Origin: a virus
Lineage: Duplodnaviria; Caudoviricetes
IMG/VR virus record: IMGVR_UViG_3300033121_001789
Coordinates: 32,001-96,000 of that record
Reading direction: 5' to 3' (one strand)
DNA length: 64,000 bases
The position numbers and the translations under genes were made by a program. This document shows, in pieces, positions 9,757 to 20,242 of this stretch (position 1 is the stretch's first letter; the number at the start of each line of letters is the position of its first letter). The notes beneath the pieces are model-generated. The model was not told the DNA's origin. It saw only the letters and a list, made by a program, of their open reading frames with translations, and ran no database searches.

Positions 9757-11085
9757 TTATGCATCAATAAATTGATCATTTTCAAGTGTGAGATAAGTTG
9801 GATTAAGTGTCAATTTTATTTGACTCTTTAAAAAGTCACCATCTCTTTGTTTTAATAGCTTAAATCTGTACATGTTTAATCTTTTCATCTCCTCAGTTCT
9901 TATAATAGCCCAAAAAGTATCAGCAGTTTCTGCAATAGCTTTACTCTCTGGAACACTTTCTAAGGTTATATCACTAGAATTCCAAGCATCTTTAGCAACT
10001 TGGACCCCAGTAATAATTGGTAGTTTATATTTTGCTCCCAATGCTCTTAATCCCTCTGCTAAGTATTTTCCCTTAATATAAAGGCTATCATTAGATCCCT
10101 TTGGTGCTGCAACTAAGGTTATATAATCTACAATAACTAAGTCTATTTTAATGCCTCTTCTTTGTTGAAGCTTCTGAATATAATTATCAAAATCGACTAT
10201 TGTTGCCGTTCCTGCCGCCCAAAATTTAGTAAAAATTTTACCAACCGATTTCGTGAAAAGATCTCCACCTTCACGAAGGTTTCCCATATTAGCTATCTTT
10301 TTCTTAATTAATTCACTATCCTTACTTTGTTTATCATAATCATTTATGGGTATTCTTAATCTCATAGCACCCAACCTCTTCATAACTTTTCTTTCACTCA
10401 TCTCTAATGTTATATAAAGAACATTATTTCCTAAATCGGCAGACTTAACGGCAAAGTTTTGCATCCAAAGGGATTTTCCATTATTAGTTTCTGCCATAAT
10501 ACAATTCAAAGTTTGTATATCCCATCCACCACCCATCATATGGTCGATTGTTTCAAATCCTGTTCGAACTTTAAATTTCGATGTATCTTGTAAGTGATGC
10601 TCTGGATCATCAAAATCAGATCCCATGTCATCATCTAAAACAAAATTTATTGAAGACATTTCATCAACAATAGTCCTAATTCTTTCTGCTGCTTCAATAG
10701 CCTTTTCAAAGTCTGTTATTGAGTCAAAGTTTCTTGTCTCATCAATTATATCAACTGTTCCAGTTTTTAATCGATTTGTTAAAACCCAAGCATTGAATTT
10801 AGGCTCAATGAAATTTTTCTCATCATATTCACTTAAATTAACAGTTAGTATTGATTTTAATATTTCCTTCGTAATAATGCCATTTTTATCTTCCAAAATA
10901 ATCATATCCAATATTTGTTTTGGACTTGGAACTTTAGCATCAAAATTTTTAATCATGTATTCTCTTACTACACCATATACAAATTGTATTTCGGAGTTTC
11001 TAAAAAAGAATGGACGAACAATATCAAAGTATTTGCGATTTATAAGGATATAGTTGAAGAATACTTTCTCTAAAGAAGATGTCAT
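9757..11085 (-). CDS. DnaB-like replicative helicase (T4 gp41-like)
   Basis: Variant Walker A AETNNGKS, YITLEMSE, VIVDY, ESKAIAETAD, LKQRDG. Confidence 0.92.
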   Translation of the reverse strand: MTSSLEKVFFNYILINRKYFDIVRPFFFRNSEIQFVYGVVREYMIKNFDAKVPSPKQILDMIILEDKNGIITKEILKSILTVNLSEYDEKNFIEPKFNAWVLTNRLKTGTVDIIDETRNFDSITDFEKAIEAAERIRTIVDEMSSINFVLDDDMGSDFDDPEHHLQDTSKFKVRTGFETIDHMMGGGWDIQTLNCIMAETNNGKSLWMQNFAVKSADLGNNVLYITLEMSERKVMKRLGAMRLRIPINDYDKQSKDSELIKKKIANMGNLREGGDLFTKSVGKIFTKFWAAGTATIVDFDNYIQKLQQRRGIKIDLVIVDYITLVAAPKGSNDSLYIKGKYLAEGLRALGAKYKLPIITGVQVAKDAWNSSDITLESVPESKAIAETADTFWAIIRTEEMKRLNMYRFKLLKQRDGDFLKSQIKLTLNPTYLTLENDQFIDA

Positions 11086-11137
11086 AGAACATTTTGATAT
11101 ATTTTAATTTTATAGTAATAAATTTAATATATGTTTA

Positions 11138-12025
11138 CTACTGCTCCTTGATTAATTTCGATTGATCCAGATCATTTTCACCATCATCAATAATATCATA
11201 TGGTCTAACTGCGGTTGGCACATCTATATCTTTTCCTATTCCCTTGAGGTGTAATGATTTTCTTAATTTATTAATCAGCCATGTTACTCCTTGTTTAGCG
11301 ACTATTGTTCCAAGTCCTACACCAATAGATAATAAATTAGCAATTATTGTATCTAAATTAAGATCATATTTACCAATTAAGGCATATATAGCATTCATTG
11401 TTGGTATTAAAAGAGCGGTATATGAAAACATGTCTATAAGACCAGTAACGACATAAGGAGTTCCTCTAAATAAAATCTTCAAAAAATTACCCATTGATTG
11501 AAAAACAGAAACGAACTTTCTTATTATTCCATTACCAATACCCCTCATTTTTAACTCCTCTAACATTGTTTGAGCATCCTTCTTAGTAACTTCAGATTCT
11601 ATATATCCCTTACCAACACATGTTTTACAATCAGTATCTCCCTCATCATCTATCGATCCAGTTCCATCACAATCATGGCAAACAATTTTTTCCTCACCAG
11701 ATCTATTTTTAACTTCCTCTAAATAAGTTATTGACAAAGCTGTTATACAAACCAATATTACTGTCTCCGGAGTTAATTCAACCTTTAAATTACCATTGCG
11801 AATTAAACCATCAACAATAGGATACATAGCATTTATTCCCGTTCCAAAACTGGTTATGAGTCCAAAATTAAACTTAAGATCTCTTGATAATTTTCTACCA
11901 ATGGAATTTATTGAAGAATCGTCTATATTAGACTCTTTAATGATTGGATTACAAATATTTTCAATTAATTCCCAAGCTTGATCAATAGACTTATCATACT
12001 CATTATATCTCAATACTCTATTCAC
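11138..12025 (-). CDS. Hypothetical protein with CxxCxGxG zinc finger and hydrophobic helices
   Basis: CHDCDGTG...CKTCVGKG; GTG start; N-terminal VLRYNEY motif. Confidence 0.65.
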   Translation of the reverse strand: MNRVLRYNEYDKSIDQAWELIENICNPIIKESNIDDSSINSIGRKLSRDLKFNFGLITSFGTGINAMYPIVDGLIRNGNLKVELTPETVILVCITALSITYLEEVKNRSGEEKIVCHDCDGTGSIDDEGDTDCKTCVGKGYIESEVTKKDAQTMLEELKMRGIGNGIIRKFVSVFQSMGNFLKILFRGTPYVVTGLIDMFSYTALLIPTMNAIYALIGKYDLNLDTIIANLLSIGVGLGTIVAKQGVTWLINKLRKSLHLKGIGKDIDVPTAVRPYDIIDDGENDLDQSKLIKEQ

Positions 12026-12136
12026 TACTTATATATTTAATTTTTTTTTATTTTTTAAAAGTTTTTTTATAATAATTAAGAAAAATCAAAAAAATTGTTT
12101 CTTTTATTAATATATAATTAAAAATAAAAACATCCA

Positions 12137-12451
12137 ATGAAATTCCTCAAGAAATTTGAAAACTTTGACATGGATCAAAGCACTGAAACTGGTGAAGAAG
12201 ACTTATTAAATAAAAAATCTGATTGTTACCCATTCTGTGATGATGAGGAAGAAGAGGATGAAGAGAGCTCTGGCATTCCAGATGCTGATGAGCAGATAAC
12301 TCTAGAAAAGAAAAAAGTCCAAAAAAAGGAGGAAAAGGAAGATAAGAAAGAGGATAAAAAAACTCCAACTAAAGGACTAACTGCAGCACAAAAGAAACTA
12401 CCGGCAGGTCTACAAAAAGCTATAATGGCAAGAAAGTCAAAATCAAAATAA
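12137..12451 (+). CDS. Small acidic/basic protein, candidate internal head protein
   Basis: MKFLKKFENF N-terminus; TTAATATATA at 12107-12116; terminator follows. Confidence 0.65.
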   Translation: MKFLKKFENFDMDQSTETGEEDLLNKKSDCYPFCDDEEEEDEESSGIPDADEQITLEKKKVQKKEEKEDKKEDKKTPTKGLTAAQKKLPAGLQKAIMARKSKSK

Positions 12452-12454
12452 ATT

Positions 12455-12484
12455 AAAAAGTGTCTAATAATATAGACACTTTTT
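12455..12484. terminator. Bidirectional intrinsic terminator
   Basis: AAAAAGTGTCTA-ATAATA-TAGACACTTTTT between convergent genes. Confidence 0.8.
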
Positions 12485-14151
12485 TAGTTAGATACCTTTA
12501 TTTTAATTTTATTTATAGCCTGTTGAAACCAATACGGAAATAGATGTCCAGAATGTCTTAATAAATCTCCAAATGAAGAATCAATGATTATAGTATCAGC
12601 ATAATCCTCATTACTTCTAACTGCTCGACCTGTCATTTGTATAATTCCAGAAACGGTTTTCCAAGAATACCAATCAGGATTATTTTTCTGTCTTAATTTA
12701 TTTTTCTGTGATGCCAGACTTGGATACGGAACTTTAGCAATAACTTGGAATCTAGCCTTATCATTATCAAAACTAACCCCAGTATCCATAGATGGAGAAA
12801 CCATAACTGTTGGCTCAGATGTTTCGAAATGTTCTTTTAACACCTCATCTTTATTGCTAGAATCGTGAAATATCAATCTTGGATTTGAAACATCTCTTGA
12901 TACCCATCCAGCCAATTCGAAAGAATTTGTATGAATAATTCCCTTTTTATCAGAATATTTATTTAGAATCTTATTAATATATGGAACATAGGATTTAAAA
13001 GTCTCTTCTTTTTTCAAATATGACATTTTACCAAGCGGCATATAATAAATTGGTCTATTTTTAATAGGAAATGGTGAATTTATAGAATAATAAACCGCCC
13101 TATCTGAATCCAATCCATTCAATTGACAAAATAAATTTTTATCTAAAATAGTCCCAGACATTAAAAATACCATATCATAATTTGAAAAAACATACTTATC
13201 TAAATAATCATAAGCCCATATTGGTTCTAATGATAATTCAAATCCCTTTGTTTTCTCATTATATGATGTCTCCAAAACCCAATTATTTGGATTCTCTTTA
13301 TATTCTTTCAAAAAAACCTCAATCTTAGATTGATATTGCATTAAATCTGTGACAAGCTGCATTAATTTTGAATCAGCATTTTTAGAACCAAATAATTTTG
13401 AAAGTCTATTGCTTCTGCGATCCATTTTTGGATTCCGATTTTGCCCCCCAAGTGACTTTTCAATATCACTAATAGTAGTAGATATTTCTATTTGTAAATT
13501 TTTTAAAAACTCAATATACTCATTTATTGTTTTAACCCTTTTTAAGCTCTTTAGAATATTTTCCTCATTTGGAAATTTGAATCTTTTTACAACACCCTCG
13601 GTTATTTTAATTGTTATAAAATCTGACATAACATCATCAAAATCATGAGCCTCATCAACAATTAAAACCTTAGATCCCCTTGATTCCAAAACCTTATCCA
13701 TATATAAGGCATATAAAATATACAGATAAAAATTTGTAAGCGATATTTTACCCGAAATAAATCCATCTCTAGCAAAAGAGTGTGGACAAGACTCACACTT
13801 AGTCTTATTCAATCGATTAAATTCAGTACCTTGTGAACATGAGCATGAATATTGTTCACAATAATAATTATCTTTACCTTTCAAATCATTAATAGATTCA
13901 TAGGTATTAATGTATTGATCTTGTAATATTTTTGAATTTGTTATAATGTCTATTTTAGCACCTCCATTAACATTCTTTAAATACCAATCAGATATCATTA
14001 AAGCTAGGTGTGATTTACCTACACCAACTGGTAAATCAAGTAAATAAAATTTATTTTCCTTATTAGATTTATATGACTCATCTATAAAATTAAGACAATT
14101 TTTTTGCTCTTCTCTTGGGGTATATTTTAAAAGATCCGATTTTAATGACAT
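12484..14151 (-). CDS. DinG/XPD-family SF2 helicase
   Basis: Q motif PREEQ, PVGVGKS, DEAH, MSGT, QMTGRAVRS..DY; Cys cluster. Confidence 0.9.
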   Translation of the reverse strand: MSLKSDLLKYTPREEQKNCLNFIDESYKSNKENKFYLLDLPVGVGKSHLALMISDWYLKNVNGGAKIDIITNSKILQDQYINTYESINDLKGKDNYYCEQYSCSCSQGTEFNRLNKTKCESCPHSFARDGFISGKISLTNFYLYILYALYMDKVLESRGSKVLIVDEAHDFDDVMSDFITIKITEGVVKRFKFPNEENILKSLKRVKTINEYIEFLKNLQIEISTTISDIEKSLGGQNRNPKMDRRSNRLSKLFGSKNADSKLMQLVTDLMQYQSKIEVFLKEYKENPNNWVLETSYNEKTKGFELSLEPIWAYDYLDKYVFSNYDMVFLMSGTILDKNLFCQLNGLDSDRAVYYSINSPFPIKNRPIYYMPLGKMSYLKKEETFKSYVPYINKILNKYSDKKGIIHTNSFELAGWVSRDVSNPRLIFHDSSNKDEVLKEHFETSEPTVMVSPSMDTGVSFDNDKARFQVIAKVPYPSLASQKNKLRQKNNPDWYSWKTVSGIIQMTGRAVRSNEDYADTIIIDSSFGDLLRHSGHLFPYWFQQAINKIKIKVSN

Positions 14152-14182
14152 TTATTTGGTTTATTTTATAAAGATACAAAAA

Positions 14183-14485
14183 TCAATTGATTATACCATC
14201 AATTTTTATATCTCTTTTATTAGCAGTTAGTTGTGGAAGATATAATATGGCTAAATGACATGCCATAGAAAATGTATTACCTGAATGATCATTGCTAATT
14301 AAGGGCACTAATGATTTTTGATCATCCCAACTGGCCTTACTAAATGTAATGATCATATCTTTAGTCTGTAAAGTTTCAGCGATTAATATACCCTCAGAAA
14401 TGGCGAATAAATTATATTTAGCTCCAAATCCACCATCTATATCAAATCCGATATTTTTAAAAAATTCTAAATCTTCTTCTCTCAT
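14183..14485 (-). CDS. Hypothetical protein with C-terminal KRDIKIDGII motif
   Basis: 100 aa ORF; ATGA overlap with the polymerase stop. Confidence 0.6.
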   Translation of the reverse strand: MREEDLEFFKNIGFDIDGGFGAKYNLFAISEGILIAETLQTKDMIITFSKASWDDQKSLVPLISNDHSGNTFSMACHLAILYLPQLTANKRDIKIDGIIN

Positions 14486-15987
14486 AATTCAGCTTCAATT
14501 TGTTTTATTTCATCAAGAACTTTTTTGAGTTCTTCTTTTTTTGCCATCATGATATTTTTATTCTTCTTTCTGTCAGCATAGACATCATCTAACATTTTAA
14601 GTGTTGGTGAGTATCTTTTCTCAAAAACAACACCATTAACACAAACAACATGTATAGATTTATCAATCTTTATCTTCTTTGATCCATTGATGCAATAGTC
14701 AGGATCATCCTCAATAGTAACACCAACAAATGTTTCTGGAGCAATAAAAAATTGCAATTGTGTAGTTGGGTATAATGATGCAAAATCATATATAACACAC
14801 CACTTATTCATACCAACAACTGGATCTTTAACCCATCCACCAGCAATACCATCACCAGCATCACGTACAGCATTTTCATCCTTAAAGAGTATTATATCCT
14901 CCATCTCACGGAAGCGATTTCTCAATACACCCTCGGTTATTGCTAACGATCCAAGTGCATTATTTATTTGAGAAACAATATCAACAACCTTAATTTGTGC
15001 TAAAGAAGATATAGCAAATATTATTGATATATAATTTCTTGACTCATGAATCTTTTGAACAAGAACGGAGTCAACTGCGTTGTAATACATAAATGTCTCA
15101 AAATCGTCTTCATATAATTTTTGCAAAGATCCTGCATATTTTATTTTCTCAACACCAACCAATTTATTAGAAACATAATCTAATGATGATGATTCTTTAA
15201 CTTTTATGGAAGTATCACATATTTCATATAATTGCATATAGTCAAATATCATTCTATGTGCCGGAACTTCATAGTTAGTGGACCATATCTTATTCATTCG
15301 TTTGGTAAAAGATGATACGTTTGGATCTATTCTTATTTCCTGACCATTTACCCATTTAGTTATTTTTCTAGCTCTATTGACCAAATATAACCAGTCATAT
15401 TGCAAGAAATTCCATCCAGTTATGAGAGGCATTTTTGGAACCATTTTATTAAAAAAAGACCAAACCATATCAAATTCATCATCATATTTAATGTATTTAA
15501 ATTTATAATCAGAATCAAACTTTTTAAAATATTTATTAGTGTTTTCTCTAATTCTATCTTGCATATCCTGTGGCATGTCTTTCAATCCCATTAATATGAT
15601 TTTATCATCATAAACAACAGATATAGATAAAACTCTTGTTGGAGCAGTTTCAGCATCTGGGAAACCATCTATTATTTCAGTTTCAATATCCACAAAGTAT
15701 ATTTTGGGTAAATTAAAATCAAAAATTTCTTGTTTTTCTTTGGGTGGCAATTGATCTAAAAATTCATAAATTGAATATCTGTCAGGGTGATTAACTTCAA
15801 TTTGCTTGACACACTTACCATCCCAAGATTTAAATTTTGGATGTCTATCTGGGTCATTAAAGTCACAAGTTATATATTTAAGTGGGTTTTCTAAAGCATA
15901 GTATTTTAATTTTATCTCACCGCTTTTATCAACATAACTAACAACTAACTTTTTTGTATTTGGTAAGTATTGTGTATCGACTAACAT
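14482..15987 (-). CDS. Family B DNA polymerase, N-terminal part (exonuclease plus motif A); split gp43-like
   Basis: ExoI DIETE, ExoII GWNFLQYD, ExoIII YNAVD, GGWV, DFASLYP; ends before motifs B and C; likely ATG 15987. Confidence 0.88.
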   Translation of the reverse strand: MLVDTQYLPNTKKLVVSYVDKSGEIKLKYYALENPLKYITCDFNDPDRHPKFKSWDGKCVKQIEVNHPDRYSIYEFLDQLPPKEKQEIFDFNLPKIYFVDIETEIIDGFPDAETAPTRVLSISVVYDDKIILMGLKDMPQDMQDRIRENTNKYFKKFDSDYKFKYIKYDDEFDMVWSFFNKMVPKMPLITGWNFLQYDWLYLVNRARKITKWVNGQEIRIDPNVSSFTKRMNKIWSTNYEVPAHRMIFDYMQLYEICDTSIKVKESSSLDYVSNKLVGVEKIKYAGSLQKLYEDDFETFMYYNAVDSVLVQKIHESRNYISIIFAISSLAQIKVVDIVSQINNALGSLAITEGVLRNRFREMEDIILFKDENAVRDAGDGIAGGWVKDPVVGMNKWCVIYDFASLYPTTQLQFFIAPETFVGVTIEDDPDYCINGSKKIKIDKSIHVVCVNGVVFEKRYSPTLKMLDDVYADRKKNKNIMMAKKEELKKVLDEIKQIEAEL

Positions 15988-16030
15988 ATTTATTTTACTA
16001 ATAAAAATTATTTTGTTTAATATATAGATA

Positions 16031-17524
16031 ATGGATATTAAAAAATATAACAATTTTCTAATTGATCAAAAATTATATGAAATAATAAATGAATCAATAT
16101 TAAATGAATCAATGATTCATTATAAAGAAGAATTTAGAAAAGTATTAACTAAAATGAGTTCTCCAATATCTAAAGATATTTTAGACTTAGAAAATAAAGA
16201 CATTAAAACAAATTTTAATCTTATCGACACATCAAAAGATGGATACTTATCATTTATCTCCTCAAAAACTACTTTAAAATATAAAATAACTGATAATGAT
16301 TGGACATATGAAGATTGGCCGGAATTATTCAGATCTGTTGGCGAAACTGAAGATGAATATCCCACATTACCAGATGGGACTGTCGGTGAAATAATATCTA
16401 TAATTAGTGATAAAAATTTTTCAGAAATGCCAAAAGATGGTAGAGAAATAGCTTATTTTCGATCAGATTCGGGTGAAATTTGTTTCATAGATAAAAGAGG
16501 TTTAGATTTAATAACCAAAGCAAATACACAAGAAGTAAAAATAGGAAGATTAGCATCACAACTATTACAGAATGTAAAAAATAAATATTCTGATAAAGAA
16601 ATAGAAAATTTTGTCAATGAATTTAAATCAAGATTAGATATAATTCGAGATAAATTTCGACTATTTGAATTGGTAAGTGGAGATCAAATAAGACATTTTT
16701 ATAATGAAAAACAATATGATACTAAAAAAATGGGACCTCTACACTCTAGTTGTATGAGATATCAAAAATGTCAAGTATTCTTTGGAATATACACGGATAA
16801 TCCAAGCGTTTGTCAACTTTTAATACTTAAAAGTGAGGATGAAGAAGATAAAATAGTCGGTAGAGCATTAATTTGGAAATTAATAGATGGTACTTATTTC
16901 ATGGATAGAATCTACTATGTAAATGATTCACAAGTAAATCTATTTAAAGAATATGCAATATCAAAGGGATGGTGTTATAAAATTAGACAAGAATCAAGTG
17001 ATTCAACCCCCGTAGAATTTAGTAAAGATGTTTTTTATACTGATGATATAACAGTCAAATTAGAAAAATCTGTTTTCAAAAAATATCCGTACATGGATAC
17101 TCTAAAATATCTAGATGAGGGCTCTAATATACTTTCAAATAACTCTAAATATTCTGATATTGAATTGGAATCCACAGAAGGATCAAGGGGTGAAGACTGT
17201 GGTAGATGTGATGGGGAAGGGACTGTCGAGTGTCCAGAATGTGGAGGTGACGGGACTAGAGAATGTTATAACTGTTATGGTAATGGTACTGTTGATTGTA
17301 TCGAATGTGATGATGGAAATATTGAGTGTGGAGAATGTGATGGAACTGGATATAATGATGATGAAAAATGTGATAACTGTAAGGGATCTGGTGAGGTTGA
17401 ATGCTCAAAATGTGAAGGAAGAGCTGATATAGAATGTGATAGATGTGATGGAAGAGGAGAAAGAACTTGTGGGGATTGTGATGGAGATGGTACTGTTTCT
17501 TGTCCAGAATGCAATGGAGACTAA
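16031..17524 (+). CDS. Multi-domain protein: N-terminal module, SCMRY/GRALIW/DRIY domain, ten tandem CxxCxGxG-type zinc-finger units
   Basis: Motifs in the translation; TTAATATATA at 16017-16026. Confidence 0.75.
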   Translation: MDIKKYNNFLIDQKLYEIINESILNESMIHYKEEFRKVLTKMSSPISKDILDLENKDIKTNFNLIDTSKDGYLSFISSKTTLKYKITDNDWTYEDWPELFRSVGETEDEYPTLPDGTVGEIISIISDKNFSEMPKDGREIAYFRSDSGEICFIDKRGLDLITKANTQEVKIGRLASQLLQNVKNKYSDKEIENFVNEFKSRLDIIRDKFRLFELVSGDQIRHFYNEKQYDTKKMGPLHSSCMRYQKCQVFFGIYTDNPSVCQLLILKSEDEEDKIVGRALIWKLIDGTYFMDRIYYVNDSQVNLFKEYAISKGWCYKIRQESSDSTPVEFSKDVFYTDDITVKLEKSVFKKYPYMDTLKYLDEGSNILSNNSKYSDIELESTEGSRGEDCGRCDGEGTVECPECGGDGTRECYNCYGNGTVDCIECDDGNIECGECDGTGYNDDEKCDNCKGSGEVECSKCEGRADIECDRCDGRGERTCGDCDGDGTVSCPECNGD

Positions 17525-18000
17525 AAATCCACATCCAAATACTCATAAACTTGCTGTGTTCTTGTATTTCTAAATTCCAAATCAACTCTTCGATATACCT
17601 GATATTCAAAGTACTTCGATGTTTTAAACAATGAACGAATAAATGGAATCTCATTCGATTCGAGTTGTGACTCATCAACCATTAAGCAAAGAATTTTAGT
17701 ATCATCCTCAGGATCATAATTAATAACAGCGTTATCTAAATCTCTATTTAGATTCTTCTTACCAAATGCTATAAATTTAGATGTTATTTTTTCTTTTTTG
17801 GGTAAATATGTTATTTCAAAATCATCACCAGTTTGTAAGTCTTCGACAACATCCTTTAATAGGATTCTTATCCAAAGATAAACCTTTTGCTTTTCTATTT
17901 CCCTTACCTGTAAATCATTATCAGTATTATATGATAATTCATCAGTATCAAGATTTCTTATTTGATTAAGAATATCCTCGTATATTCCAATTTTTTCCAT
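17521..18000 (-). CDS. Hypothetical protein
   Basis: 159 aa ORF. Confidence 0.65.
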   Translation of the reverse strand: MEKIGIYEDILNQIRNLDTDELSYNTDNDLQVREIEKQKVYLWIRILLKDVVEDLQTGDDFEITYLPKKEKITSKFIAFGKKNLNRDLDNAVINYDPEDDTKILCLMVDESQLESNEIPFIRSLFKTSKYFEYQVYRRVDLEFRNTRTQQVYEYLDVDF

Positions 18001-18014
18001 TTCTATTATTATTT

Positions 18015-18224
18015 TTATCCAGGAAAGGCAGCAACAACAATTCCTTTCAATACCCTAAAGTTAATTCTATTTCCCTTAACTGACATGTCCAACATTTTAA
18101 CGTCTCCATCCTCCTCAACGATTCTTGTTATAAATCCACCATTCTCGGCATATTTAGTAGCTTCTTGTAATGTTAATCCTTTGTAATCGGATTCTCTTAC
18201 CATTCCATTATTTCTTAATTCCAT
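18015..18224 (-). CDS. Small protein resembling potato inhibitor I / I78 protease inhibitors
   Basis: YKGLTLQEA...RIV..DG...LDMSVKGNRINF.V..GIVV resembles the (T)MDxxxxR(V/L)N reactive-loop pattern. Confidence 0.5.
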   Translation of the reverse strand: MELRNNGMVRESDYKGLTLQEATKYAENGGFITRIVEEDGDVKMLDMSVKGNRINFRVLKGIVVAAFPG

Positions 18225-18307
18225 TTTTATTATTATTTTTTAATTATATATTTAAAAAAAATAAATGTTTATTAAAAGGGAAACCCAACCATATAATATA
18301 TATTATC

Positions 18308-19135
18308 ATGAATAATTCCGGAATTTATAAAATAATATGTTTAATAGATTATAAAATTTATATAGGATCTGCCAAAAATTTAGACAAGAGATGGAGAAGA
18401 CATTTAAACGATCTAAAATCAGGTAAACATATAAATATTCATCTACAAAGGGCCTTTAATAAATATGGAATTGAAAATTTTCGATTTGAAATTTTAGAAA
18501 TTTGTGATTATGATAGCATATTACAACGAGAACAATTTTACTTAGATAAATTTAGACCATTCGAAATTGGATTCAATATAGGATCAAAATCTTCTGGAGG
18601 TGACAATCTAACTAATAATCCAAATAGAGAAAAAATTATTCTAAAAATAAAAAACTCTATAAATAAAAATATTTCTAAAATGTCAAAAGAAGAAAGGAAG
18701 AGAAAGTGGTCCAATCCAGGAAAATTTAATCCGAATTTTAGAAAAAAATGGTCAGAAGAACAAAAAAATAAAGCGTCTGAGAATCAAAAAAATAACCCAA
18801 ATAACCACTTCAAACTGAATAAAAATAAAACAAATATAGAAATATATGGAAAGGATAAGGCTATGGAAATAAGCAAAAAGTTATCCAATCATGCCTCTAC
18901 CAGGACAGGTGAAAAAAATCCATTTTTTAACAAAAAACATTCAAAAGAAAGTAAAGATAAAATTAGTAAAAGCCGAAAAGGGAAAAAGCCAACAAATAGG
19001 AAAAAAATTTCAATTAAAGAAATTATATATGAATCGTATGCTGATGCTTCGAAATCATTAAATATACCTATTGTGACTATAAGATGGAGATGCTTATCAA
19101 AAAATTCTAAATTTGAATCGTATAAACTAATTTGA
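18308..19135 (+). CDS. GIY-YIG homing endonuclease with NUMOD3-like motifs
   Basis: SGIYKI...IYIGSA...R...HLQRAFNKYG...EQ; GEKNPFFNKKHSKES; ATG 18308; convergent on thyA. Confidence 0.9.
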   Translation: MNNSGIYKIICLIDYKIYIGSAKNLDKRWRRHLNDLKSGKHINIHLQRAFNKYGIENFRFEILEICDYDSILQREQFYLDKFRPFEIGFNIGSKSSGGDNLTNNPNREKIILKIKNSINKNISKMSKEERKRKWSNPGKFNPNFRKKWSEEQKNKASENQKNNPNNHFKLNKNKTNIEIYGKDKAMEISKKLSNHASTRTGEKNPFFNKKHSKESKDKISKSRKGKKPTNRKKISIKEIIYESYADASKSLNIPIVTIRWRCLSKNSKFESYKLI

Positions 19136-20242
19136 TAATTCTGCTCTAATTGCATGTGATGATTTATAACCCAAAATCTTAATATCCTCAAAAGATATAT
19201 CAAAAATTGGCTTTTTGCTTATTTCAATATAAGGTAATTTAAAAGTTTCTTGAGTTAATTGTAATTTAGCCTGTTCAATATGATTTGTGTAGAGATGAGC
19301 GTCTCCAATTGATAATATTAGATCACATGGTGACATATTGACTTCATTAGATAATAAGTGTAGCAATAATGCATAGGAAGCTATATTAAAAGGACAACCT
19401 AAAAATATATCATTTGATCTGATTGTGACTTTTAAACTCAATTTTCTTTTTGGAAAGTTAAGTTTATCGAGATTTTCATGTGTCATATCTTCACCATATG
19501 AGATATTTTTATTTATGGATTTACACCACCTCTGTACTCGTTCCGATAAATTCATTTCAGATGTATAACATTGAAATCCATAGTGACAAGGTGGAAGAAC
19601 CATTTTATCTAAATCACCGACATTCCAAGCATTGACCATCAATCGCCTAGAATCAGGACTTAATTTAAGATCATTAATCAAATTTGATATTTGATCTATT
19701 CCATTAGTATTTTTGATATACCTCTCGAATCCATAACTTTCATCTAAACTTTTGTGATACCCATCCCAATTTCTCCACTGTTTTCCATAAACTGGTCCTA
19801 ACTCTCCCCACTTTTTAGAAAATTCATAGTCAGTTTTTATTTTTTGAATGAATTCCTCCTGTGAATAATGAATATAATTAGGATATCCGCTATTAAATTC
19901 GATACCATCCGCCTTAAAATGTTTTTGTCTTTCTGAAAGAACAATCGAATCTATATTTGTACTAACATATTTTTTATAGGCATCCCCATCCCAAATATGC
20001 ACATCATTATCGACTAGATATTTAATATTTGTATCTCCCCTTAAAAACCATATGAGCTCATGTATTATTCCTTTGGTGAACATTTTCTTGGATGTTAGTA
20101 GTGGAAATCCCTCATCCATATTAAACTTCATTGTATGATCAAAAATAGATATCGTGCCAGTTCCGGTTCTATCCATTTTGGTCACTCCATTTTTTAAAAT
20201 TTTCCTAACCAAATCAAAATATTGTTTATCCGCATTATTCAT
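19127..20242 (-). CDS. thyA: Thymidylate synthase
   Basis: DRTGTGT, ELIWFL.G, GPVYGKQWR, LPPCH, RSNDIFLGCPFNIASY, DAHLY. Confidence 0.97.
   Translation of the reverse strand: MNNADKQYFDLVRKILKNGVTKMDRTGTGTISIFDHTMKFNMDEGFPLLTSKKMFTKGIIHELIWFLRGDTNIKYLVDNDVHIWDGDAYKKYVSTNIDSIVLSERQKHFKADGIEFNSGYPNYIHYSQEEFIQKIKTDYEFSKKWGELGPVYGKQWRNWDGYHKSLDESYGFERYIKNTNGIDQISNLINDLKLSPDSRRLMVNAWNVGDLDKMVLPPCHYGFQCYTSEMNLSERVQRWCKSINKNISYGEDMTHENLDKLNFPKRKLSLKVTIRSNDIFLGCPFNIASYALLLHLLSNEVNMSPCDLILSIGDAHLYTNHIEQAKLQLTQETFKLPYIEISKKPIFDISFEDIKILGYKSSHAIRAELSN

Noticed and set aside
17115-17678. Alternative-frame and antisense ORFs over the zinc-finger array, and similar short shadow ORFs elsewhere (e.g. 1828-2034, 3095-3973, 6641-7799, 47273-48597, 51790-52023)
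   Set aside because: They overlap well-supported genes, have low-complexity mirror composition and show no motifs.
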